Part shown: one piece after another, positions 28,621 to 38,326 of the stretch
Numbering within the stretch: the first letter of the stretch is position 1
Layout: every line of letters starts with the position of its first letter
Origin: Candidatus Enterousia sp.
GTDB lineage: Bacteria; Pseudomonadota; Alphaproteobacteria; Rs-D84
Direction of reading: 5' to 3'
Assembly (NCBI GenBank): GCA_045645645.1
Contig: JAZRJE010000020.1
Span: 69,132 to 133,131 of the forward strand
DNA length: 64,000 nt
Program-made: the position numbers and the translations under genes
Notes under the pieces: generated by a model
Told to the model about the DNA's origin: nothing
What the model saw: only the letters and a program-made list of their open reading frames with translations
Database searches by the model: none

Positions 28621-29508
28621 ATGACAACGAAGGCGTATATTATTACTGGACCAACTGCATCGGGTAAATCTGATTTTGCTCATCGTTTAGCGTGTCGTAT
28701 AAATGGTATGGTTATTAATTGTGACAGTGTGCAGATATATCGCGGCATTGAAAATATTTCTGCCAGTCCTTTTGCTGGAAAAGTAATGACCGATAATATA
28801 GATGGGATTCCATATAGATTGTTTTCTGTTTTGCCTTTGACAGATCAAATAAGCGTGTCAGATTATTTGATTATGGCGCGCCAAGTGTTTAATAATGCGG
28901 TAGATGCGGGATATACGCCAATATTTGTTGGTGGTACAGGGTATTATATAAATGCGTTGATTAATGGGATTTCGCCGATGCCAGATATCAGTGAAAAATC
29001 GCGACAGCAGGCACGTGAACTTGTTGCGTCAGATATTGATAAAGCACGACAAATGTTGCCAGAAGATTTTGTAGCAACGGATCCGCAGCGAGTCGCCAGG
29101 GCGTTGGAAGTTTTTTTCGAAACAGGGCGCCATTTGGCAGATTTTCAGAGTTTGCCAAGAAGTGGCGCTGTTGTTCCAGATGCATTACGGGTTCTGATTA
29201 ATCCAGACGTTGATGTTTTGCGCAGTCGTATAGCTAAACGTGTGCCAGAAATGTTGGCAGGTGGTGCATTGAAAGAAGCGCAAGATATTATTGATTCTGG
29301 TTGGGATGAGCGGCGTGCAATCGGGGCAACACAATTGTGTGCGTATGTACGCGGTGAAAAAAGTATGGATGAATGTATAACTGATTGGATTAATAAAACA
29401 AATCAGTATGCAAAACGTCAGCGGACCTGGTTTCGGACACAATATAAACCAGATGTCGTGATATCTAAGACTGTGACGGAAAAAGATTTACTTCAATTAA
29501 TTAAGTAA
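28621..29508 (+). CDS. miaA: tRNA dimethylallyltransferase
   Basis: GPTASGKS, DSVQIY, VGGTGYY, YAKRQRTWF. Confidence 0.93.
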   Translation: MTTKAYIITGPTASGKSDFAHRLACRINGMVINCDSVQIYRGIENISASPFAGKVMTDNIDGIPYRLFSVLPLTDQISVSDYLIMARQVFNNAVDAGYTPIFVGGTGYYINALINGISPMPDISEKSRQQARELVASDIDKARQMLPEDFVATDPQRVARALEVFFETGRHLADFQSLPRSGAVVPDALRVLINPDVDVLRSRIAKRVPEMLAGGALKEAQDIIDSGWDERRAIGATQLCAYVRGEKSMDECITDWINKTNQYAKRQRTWFRTQYKPDVVISKTVTEKDLLQLIK

Positions 29509-29532
29509 AAAAACCGCTAAATAGCGGTTTTT
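29507..29532. terminator. bidirectional terminator miaA/rnj
   Basis: AAAAAACCGCT-AAAT-AGCGGTTTTTT. Confidence 0.8.
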
Positions 29533-31301
29533 TACTTTTGTATAAAATGTACGCTGTACTGTGGTTTTTTATCTGCACCCAGTGAAGCACGAACAACACG
29601 ATTTGAAGCAACCTGAACAGCGCGGACCAGATTGTCTCTATCTTTGCGCTCCGCTTTGCTTAGACCGTCAATGGCTTTGGTTATTTCAATTTGAATTTGA
29701 CGTTTCATAAAGCCTGTTGTGTCAGATTCAAAAATGCCTGCGCTGGAAACTTCTGGAACACCCTTTAAAAAGCCGCGTTTATCAATTGGTAATGTAACAA
29801 AAACGGCGCCGTTTGATGCAATTTTTCGACGATTTTTATATACTTGGTCGTCGGCGCTACGTTCTGTTTCACCTTCCATAACGACATATGATGTTTCAAT
29901 AGTTTCTGCAACATATGGCTCTTCGCCGTCGCGAAGTGCAATCATTTCACCGTTGTGTACAACCATCATATGTTTTGCACCACCACGTTCCATTGCCATT
30001 TTCCCATTAAGCATTTCATTTATATAATCGCCATGCATTGGTACAGAAACTTGTGGATGAACCATGTCGTAGAACTTTTCCAGTTCTGGTCGACCAGCGT
30101 GTCCACTGGCATGTATGTTATCTGTATCAAATATAGTATGTGTTTTAATTCCCATGCGTGCCAGCCTGTTATACAAGAAAGATACATCTTGTTCACGACC
30201 AGGAATAATAATAGAACTGAAAACAACAGTGTCTGTTGGCATCAATTTCATTTCTTTTACTTGGCCACGACATAAACGGGTAAGCATTGCGAATTTTTCG
30301 CCTTGGGATCCTGTTAAGAAAATGGCTTGTTTTTCTGCTGGTAAATCTTTAATTTCGCCGTGTGTATATATTTCTTCCTTGCTTAAATAGCCAAATTCTA
30401 TACCCATTTCACGAAATTCTGGTAAACCAACGTATGGTACTGGATTTGGATTAGTACGTTCTTTGATTGCTGCAATTCTGCCAGCAGCACGTGCTGCTTC
30501 GGCGAACATTTTTATACGAGCTAAGCTGCGTGAGTATCCAGTAACAATGACGCGTCCAGGCGCATTTTTCATAATCTCAGTTAATGTGTCACGAACTTGT
30601 GTTTCTGTAACCTGTTTTGTTTGTCGTGAAGAATTTGTCGAATCACACATACATGCTAACAGTTTTGGATCCGAACCAATTTCACGCAGACGTGCGAAAT
30701 CTGTAGGTGCCTCAATAGGAATATCATCGTTAAATGTCCAATCGCCTGTATGTAGAATTTTTCCAGATTCTGTACTGATAATTAGCATCTGGGCTTCTGG
30801 GACAGAATGTGTGACATGGAATGTTTCAACTTGGAATGGAGCTAAGTCCAGGGTTGCACCATTGTGATCAAATTCAATAATATCTGTTTTTTCATTGAAG
30901 TCCATTTCAATGCCGCGAAAAGTGCGACGCAGAATTTCGGCTGGAAAACGTGTACAATAGATTGGTTTTCGGAATTTTGGCCAAATATATTTTAATGCAC
31001 CAATATGATCTTCGTGACCATGTGTTATAACAAAACCAACAACGTCTTTCTTCCGTTTTTCTAGCCACGTTGTATCACAATACTGAACATCACCAGCACC
31101 AATTTCTTCTTCAAGGAAGCCCATACCACAATCAATGACTAAGTATTTTCCTTGATATTTGTATACGTACATGTTTTGGCCGATGTGTTCTAATCCCCCT
31201 AGGGCCATAAAGTACATTTTGTCGTCATTCTTATCGCTTTCATGTTTGGTTTTTCCAGAAATTTTTTCTGGTATGTTTTTCTTTTCTTTGACTTTTACCA
31301 T
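29532..31301 (-). CDS. rnj: ribonuclease J
   Basis: LGGLEHIGQN, THGHEDH, HTGD, TGSQGE, HASGH, PMHG. Confidence 0.93.
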   Translation of the reverse strand: MVKVKEKKNIPEKISGKTKHESDKNDDKMYFMALGGLEHIGQNMYVYKYQGKYLVIDCGMGFLEEEIGAGDVQYCDTTWLEKRKKDVVGFVITHGHEDHIGALKYIWPKFRKPIYCTRFPAEILRRTFRGIEMDFNEKTDIIEFDHNGATLDLAPFQVETFHVTHSVPEAQMLIISTESGKILHTGDWTFNDDIPIEAPTDFARLREIGSDPKLLACMCDSTNSSRQTKQVTETQVRDTLTEIMKNAPGRVIVTGYSRSLARIKMFAEAARAAGRIAAIKERTNPNPVPYVGLPEFREMGIEFGYLSKEEIYTHGEIKDLPAEKQAIFLTGSQGEKFAMLTRLCRGQVKEMKLMPTDTVVFSSIIIPGREQDVSFLYNRLARMGIKTHTIFDTDNIHASGHAGRPELEKFYDMVHPQVSVPMHGDYINEMLNGKMAMERGGAKHMMVVHNGEMIALRDGEEPYVAETIETSYVVMEGETERSADDQVYKNRRKIASNGAVFVTLPIDKRGFLKGVPEVSSAGIFESDTTGFMKRQIQIEITKAIDGLSKAERKDRDNLVRAVQVASNRVVRASLGADKKPQYSVHFIQK

Positions 31302-31478
31302 TTATAAATAATCCTTTGTAATAGTTTTACTTATGCATGACCATTGAATTCATTGCTAATAAAGAAATGGTCTTTATTTGTAGTGAATCTAGTGGCCATG
31401 CCCCATATATACCCATGGTATTTTATACAACAAAGACATGGGAATAAATGCAGGCGATGCACGCCCTTTACGCTTTAT

Positions 31479-31507
31479 ATGCTACAATATTATTTTAAAA
31501 CATGCAA
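31479..31507 (-). promoter_or_regulatory. rnj promoter giving a ~170-nt leader
   Basis: TTGCAT-17nt-TAGCAT. Confidence 0.5.
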
Positions 31508-31582
31508 GAATTATAAATAATTGTTGACAAAAAAATATTTTGCACTATATTTAGACAGTCGATAACAAGGGATTTATTAAAC

Positions 31583-32404
31583 ATGGTAACAAAAAATCAA
31601 AATATAGCGATTGAACAGTTGACACCAGGGGTGTTCGAAAGGGAATTGTTGGTAAAAACATCGAACTTGTATCTGGCTGAGGTGTTTGGTTTGTTGGCTG
31701 AAAATCCAGAGGTTTTAGATAAGCTGCTGTCAAATAAAAATACGGCTCTGTTATTTTTTATGTGGATTTCATATGGGGGATTTGCCAATCGTAAATTACC
31801 AAATCAGATAAAAAATATGCCAGATATGTTGTGGGAATCATTGGTTAAGCATCAATGGATTGAACTTTATGCTTCTGGGGATATGGATTGTGTTTTATCC
31901 CAAGATTACGGGATGCATTTATCAGTACCTGGTCACAGATTGTGTACAGCAATTAGTCTTGAGCAGTTTAGTAAGTTTTTTCAAAGTTATTTGCATAGAA
32001 TGTACAGACTGTTAAATGACAAAAATCGTTCCGATTTTCAGAATATAGTTCCTGTATCTGATGCGGTGGAATTTTTTAACAACAATTATGATGGGTATTT
32101 TAGTGTTAATGAATATATACCTATTATAAATAGATTAAATCGCAAAATGGATATAAGTTCGGTTTTATCTGGTTTGTTTAATAGAATTTCTGTATCATCA
32201 TCAATGCGCGAGATGGTGCAGGATTTTGAAAAGAAAAAGGATCCTGCAAAATTCCCCATCTTATGGGAACGTTTGGCAGGACATCCAGATTATGGTACTT
32301 TGATGCTGGATTTGTCACGTACACTAGATGTTTGGTTTAAGGTACACTATTTTAAAGAAAAAAGCGCCAAGCATGATAGCGATTTGTTGCATAAACAGAA
32401 ATAA
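31583..32404 (+). CDS. hypothetical protein
   Basis: 273-aa ORF with own promoter (TTGACA at 31524), SD AAGGGA and terminator at 32403-32432. Confidence 0.7.
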   Translation: MVTKNQNIAIEQLTPGVFERELLVKTSNLYLAEVFGLLAENPEVLDKLLSNKNTALLFFMWISYGGFANRKLPNQIKNMPDMLWESLVKHQWIELYASGDMDCVLSQDYGMHLSVPGHRLCTAISLEQFSKFFQSYLHRMYRLLNDKNRSDFQNIVPVSDAVEFFNNNYDGYFSVNEYIPIINRLNRKMDISSVLSGLFNRISVSSSMREMVQDFEKKKDPAKFPILWERLAGHPDYGTLMLDLSRTLDVWFKVHYFKEKSAKHDSDLLHKQK

Positions 32405-32430
32405 AAATACCCCCAGATGGGGGTGTTTTT

Positions 32431-32892
32431 TTATTCTGCCATTTCTGGTCGTGGTGCGCGATGCATACGACGTTCGCGACGCATTTCTTTCTTGAATGCT
32501 TTGAATTCAGCTTTGTCGATGCACCCGTCTGAGTTTACATCGATTTGTGGTAATTTTTCTGCCATTTTTGGACATCTTACAACCAAGCAACCATTATTAA
32601 ATTCAGGTTTTGGCATTTTGCCACGTTTTGGACATGGTACCATTTTTGCTGCTGCAAAACCCAATGCAAAGAATATTAATGCAACAATCAATTTTTTCCA
32701 GAAACTGCAGTGGTGTTTTGTGCACTGACAATTGCCACCGCATGGACAATGTTTGTCACAACCACATGGGTGCATTTCAACAACTGGAGTTTCTGCTTTT
32801 TTTGCAGGAGTTTTCTTTGTAGATGTTGTTTTTACAGTCGTTTTTTTAGAGACGGCTTTTTTTGTTGTTGTTTTTTTTGCTTTTTCTGCCAT
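32431..32892 (-). CDS. membrane protein with Cys/His cluster and EF-hand
   Basis: K/T-rich N-terminus, HPCGCDKHCPCGGNCQCTKHHC, TM helix, DVNSDGCIDKAEF; SD before ATG 32892. Confidence 0.75.
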   Translation of the reverse strand: MAEKAKKTTTKKAVSKKTTVKTTSTKKTPAKKAETPVVEMHPCGCDKHCPCGGNCQCTKHHCSFWKKLIVALIFFALGFAAAKMVPCPKRGKMPKPEFNNGCLVVRCPKMAEKLPQIDVNSDGCIDKAEFKAFKKEMRRERRMHRAPRPEMAE

Positions 32893-32976
32893 GGGTCCTT
32901 TCCTTTTTTTTGTTGACGATTTGATTGTATTCAATATTTTTTTTTATGTAAAGTATTTTTTGAGGGTATATGTGAT

Positions 32977-33006
32977 AAAAAAAAATCCCGCGATGCGGGA
33001 TTTTTT
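32977..33006. terminator. intrinsic terminator
   Basis: AAAAAATCCCGC-GAT-GCGGGATTTTTT. Confidence 0.8.
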
Positions 33007-33241
33007 AACGACGACGGTTATGATTGCTAAAACTGCCGTGTTGTGCACTGTTGCTGGAACGTTTTGATAAATAACGTGCTGCAATCAAAACCAGCCATTC
33101 CAGTGACAAAATCGCTAATCCAGCCACTTTATTTTGAATTGGGTTAATATATCCTAAAACATAAACTAATTGTGCCACGAATGACAGGTACATAATACCA
33201 AAGATTCCTGTAAAGAATACTTTCTTAATTTTTCCAAACAT
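33005..33241 (-). CDS. small 2-TM membrane protein
   Basis: SD AAGGA, two hydrophobic segments, basic tail. Confidence 0.65.
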   Translation of the reverse strand: MFGKIKKVFFTGIFGIMYLSFVAQLVYVLGYINPIQNKVAGLAILSLEWLVLIAARYLSKRSSNSAQHGSFSNHNRRR

Positions 33242-33278
33242 TTTTTGTCCTTATGTTCCGTTTTAATCATAAATTGAA

Positions 33279-33619
33279 ATGCCGGGTTTCTGGTGCCATG
33301 TACCCGGCAAACACCGCAATTGCTTAAACGAATACGGTCAACAATCGCCAACCATACTCAACGCCATAATTAGGCAGCCATTGCAAGGCGAACATTGTCG
33401 TTCGCAGCGATTCTATCGCCATTCAGTTTTTATTTGGTTTTTTACGACACCACGTCGGATTCACCCAGCTTGTCTTTCATCACCTGTCGAATCTATGTCA
33501 GCCCCATAATTAAATGTGACAATAAATCACATTGAATAATGGTGGAGCTGTGGGGTACCGCCCCCCAGTCCAAAATGACTATTTCACAACGGATTCAGAA
33601 TCATCATTGCTTGCGCAAC
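33279..33619 (-). ncRNA. ssrA: permuted two-piece tmRNA (alphaproteobacterial type); outer ends approximate
   Basis: Acceptor piece ending GGGGGCGGTACCCCACAGCTCCACCA (33540), 34-nt intervening segment, coding piece starting GGGGCTGACATAGATTCGAC (33505), tag ANDNVRLAMAA* at 33405-33370, terminal GCCGGG...CCCGGC hairpin. Confidence 0.93.
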
Positions 33620-33625
33620 CCCAAG

Positions 33626-33654
33626 ATTATAGTCTTTTGCACTGGAAATTGCAA
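33626..33654 (-). promoter_or_regulatory. ssrA promoter
   Basis: TTGCAA-17nt-TATAAT. Confidence 0.75.
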
Positions 33655-33687
33655 GTTTTTAGATTATAATGACTGTAAAAGGTATAA

Positions 33688-35185
<1,498 letters not shown>

Positions 35186-35257
35186 TTTTTTGATTTTTTT
35201 TACTTCGTCTGTTAATATTTTTTTACGAACAAAAACAAACAGAAGGAGAAGTATACT

Positions 35258-35881
35258 ATGGTATCATTAAAAGGTACACAAACAGAAAAAAATCTGTTAA
35301 TTGCATTTGCTGGTGAATCTCAGGCACGTAATCGTTATACTTTTTTTGCTAATGTAGCTAAAAAAGAGGGATTTCAGGCAATCTCTAAAATCTTTTTAGA
35401 AACTGCAGACCAGGAAAAAGAACATGCGTCACGTTTGTTTAAATTCTTGGAAGGTGGTGATTTGGAAATTACAGCTTCTTTCCCTGCTGGTAAAATTGGT
35501 ACAACATTGGAAAATTTGCAAGCAGCTGCATATGGTGAACATGAAGAAAATACAGATATGTATCCAAAGTTTGCACAAATTGCTGCACAAGAAGGTTTTC
35601 CTGCAATCGCAGAAATATTGAAAAATATTGGTTATGCAGAACGCTATCACGAATCTAGGTTTCGTGCATTAATCGAAGCAATCGAAAATGGCACATTGTT
35701 TAAACAAGATAATATTGTAATGTGGCGCTGTACAAATTGCGGAATGTGGCACATTGGAACAGATGCACCAAATGTTTGCCCAGCATGTTTGCATGAACAG
35801 GGATATTTTATTAGTGAAGGCACCACGTCACGTTGTGACACTAATGAAGGGTTCTGTGAATATAGTATAATTGATGACTAA
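35258..35881 (+). CDS. rbr: rubrerythrin
   Basis: AFAGESQARNRY, EKEHA, ERYHE diiron motifs; CTNCG...CPAC rubredoxin-like domain. Confidence 0.93.
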   Translation: MVSLKGTQTEKNLLIAFAGESQARNRYTFFANVAKKEGFQAISKIFLETADQEKEHASRLFKFLEGGDLEITASFPAGKIGTTLENLQAAAYGEHEENTDMYPKFAQIAAQEGFPAIAEILKNIGYAERYHESRFRALIEAIENGTLFKQDNIVMWRCTNCGMWHIGTDAPNVCPACLHEQGYFISEGTTSRCDTNEGFCEYSIIDD

Positions 35882-35947
35882 TTAAATAAATCCTCGTGTA
35901 AATCTTGTGTTCAAATAATTTTTGGATCAAGTTTTTGCGGGGGTTTT

Positions 35948-38326
35948 TTATTTTATAATTGAAAAATTGGCGGTTGTTCCTGTGCCGTCGTCCGTAGATA
36001 TTCTTACGGTGTGGTGTCCGATTGTAACAGGTATTACGAATGCTTCGCCAGATTTAGTTGTTCCAATAGTTTTATCGTTTAAAAACCAGAATATTTTGGC
36101 TTTTGGGTTATGACTGATAGCCATAAATGATATTTGGGCAGTGTCTGTATCAGAAACAATGACATGAGTTGTGCCGTCTGTTGGTGATACTAAAACAGGC
36201 GGTGGTGAATTTGTAGAAATTTCATCTAAAATACAACCAGAAATAAATGGTGGTGGGGTTTTGCGCTCAACTCCAGCACGTCGAAATAAATCTAAATATT
36301 CTGCATCCCAAAATTCAAAGACTTCTAGGTGTGTGGTCTTTGGGTCGTTGGTACATGCACGACGGCCTGTAGCATTATCAATTGGAATTGCGCGATATAC
36401 AGGTGATATGTCAATTGGTGACAGGCCTGGAATAAAATATGTTGGTGTTTTTTTAGGGCAATATGTACCAGCAATTCCGCCAACATCTGCGCACATATCG
36501 ATTGTTTCAACGTTTAAATCGTCGCGCATGAAATTGTTGTTAGTAATTGGGGTTTGATGTGTCGAGTTGTAAGATATTATGCTGTTGGCTAGTGCAAAGT
36601 ATATTGGTGCAGCCGTTTTGGCACCACTGAATGCGTTGTTTGAGGCGCCATCAAAGTTGCCAATCCAAACAATTAAAACATAGTCTCCGAATATACCTGC
36701 TGTCCAGGCATCACGGTATGATGATGATGTACCAGTTTTCCAATAATGTACAATCGTTTGGTCTGTGGTTTTTGTAAAAGGGATTTTTTTGTTTGGGCTA
36801 TATTGGCGGCCCAGCATGTCAAGGGTTAGAAAAAAAGCTTCGGGGGATAATATGGATGCCAGCGTTTCGGTTTTGTCTGATAGGCGCGTTTTTATTTTGC
36901 GTCGTTGCCCAAGATTTGCCATTGTGGCGTAAATGTCAGAAAGTTCAAACATCGAAACCTCTGCCCCGCCAAGGGCGATAGATATCCCATAATGTGATGC
37001 GGGTTTCAGGTGTGTTACCCCAGAATCAGATAAGATTTTATAGAAGTTATTTACTCCGATTTGTCGAACTAGATTGATTGCAGGTATGTTTCTAGAATGT
37101 GTCAGTGCATCGCGAGCTAAAACTGGACCATAAAATTCGCCGTCTGAATTTTCTGGTGCATATACTCCGAAGCTTATTTGGGTATCTTTTAATAAACTCA
37201 TTGAGTGGATATAGCCGTAATTAATAGCAGATGCGTATATCAAGGGTTTTAAAGTTGAACCAGGACTGCGACGTGCATTTACGCCGTCGTTCTGCCCCAG
37301 AATTGATTTATCAAAATAGTCAGCAGAACCAATATATGATAAAATATCCATTGTTTTATAATTTAGTAAGATTGCTGCCGCATTTTTTACGCCGATATTT
37401 TGGCGTGAAGCAAGTTGGGTTGATAAAACTTGTTCTAATGTTTTTTGTAATCTGGTGTCTAGTGTCGTTGTAATTATTGATTTGTGTTCTGGGGATTCTT
37501 TGTCTTGTTTTATTTGCTGATTTATAAAGTGGGGGGCATGAAAAGGCAGATCGGATATTCCATATACCGTCAGTGGCATGCGTGCCATGGTTTCTAGATC
37601 CGTATTAGTGTGATATTTATCATGCCAGCGGTTTACTAAATCTTTTCGCATTTGTGACATCTTTGACAAGCCTTGTGGTGTATTTAATCCGCGCTTTAAT
37701 GGATTTTGGGGGATTGTTGATAATGTGATAGATTCGATGGTTGATAATTTAGATGCGGGACGTTGAAAGTATATTAGCGATGCGGCACCTATGCCTTCAA
37801 TATTGCCGCCGTATGGCGCCAAGTTTAAATATGCTTCTAATATATCGTGTTTTGAATAAAATGCGTCTAAATAAATCGCTGTGGCAATTTGTTCCAGTTT
37901 TCCACGTAATGTCTTGGTGTTTATGTTGTTTTTTAAGCGGGCTAGTTGCATTGTAATTGTTGATGCGCCTGCTGTGTCAGAATTGCCGCTGATGTAATTT
38001 CTGGCAGAACGAAATAGGGCGATTGGGTTTATCCCAGGATGAATGTAGAAATATTGGTCTTCATATAAGATTGTTGCACGTATTACATCAGGAGATATTT
38101 CTTCTAAAGGGGTATATATACGATATTTATCGTCAGAAGACAAAGTTAGACGCATTAATACGCCATTACGATCGTAATAGGCAGTAGAAAAATATGTGTC
38201 AGATAGTAAGCGGGGGGAAAAAAACAAACGTATGATTATATATAGCAAAATGATTATGGTGGCAATTGTGCTGAATATAGGGTGACGTTTGTAAAAAGAT
38301 ATAAAATGATTAAGAATTTTATTCAT
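35948..38326 (-). CDS. pbpC: penicillin-binding protein 1C
   Basis: EDQYF, GASTITMQ, GSTLKP, SRN, WKTGTS, C-terminal WFLN BiPBP domain; adjacent to A2M. Confidence 0.9.
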   Translation of the reverse strand: MNKILNHFISFYKRHPIFSTIATIIILLYIIIRLFFSPRLLSDTYFSTAYYDRNGVLMRLTLSSDDKYRIYTPLEEISPDVIRATILYEDQYFYIHPGINPIALFRSARNYISGNSDTAGASTITMQLARLKNNINTKTLRGKLEQIATAIYLDAFYSKHDILEAYLNLAPYGGNIEGIGAASLIYFQRPASKLSTIESITLSTIPQNPLKRGLNTPQGLSKMSQMRKDLVNRWHDKYHTNTDLETMARMPLTVYGISDLPFHAPHFINQQIKQDKESPEHKSIITTTLDTRLQKTLEQVLSTQLASRQNIGVKNAAAILLNYKTMDILSYIGSADYFDKSILGQNDGVNARRSPGSTLKPLIYASAINYGYIHSMSLLKDTQISFGVYAPENSDGEFYGPVLARDALTHSRNIPAINLVRQIGVNNFYKILSDSGVTHLKPASHYGISIALGGAEVSMFELSDIYATMANLGQRRKIKTRLSDKTETLASILSPEAFFLTLDMLGRQYSPNKKIPFTKTTDQTIVHYWKTGTSSSYRDAWTAGIFGDYVLIVWIGNFDGASNNAFSGAKTAAPIYFALANSIISYNSTHQTPITNNNFMRDDLNVETIDMCADVGGIAGTYCPKKTPTYFIPGLSPIDISPVYRAIPIDNATGRRACTNDPKTTHLEVFEFWDAEYLDLFRRAGVERKTPPPFISGCILDEISTNSPPPVLVSPTDGTTHVIVSDTDTAQISFMAISHNPKAKIFWFLNDKTIGTTKSGEAFVIPVTIGHHTVRISTDDGTGTTANFSIIK

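Noticed and set aside
31583-33241. Possible island integrated at ssrA
   Set aside because: No integrase and no duplicated tmRNA end (att) seen; the genes look like the other dispersed orphans.
33279-33509. 76-aa + strand ORF
   Set aside because: Antisense to the tmRNA coding piece.
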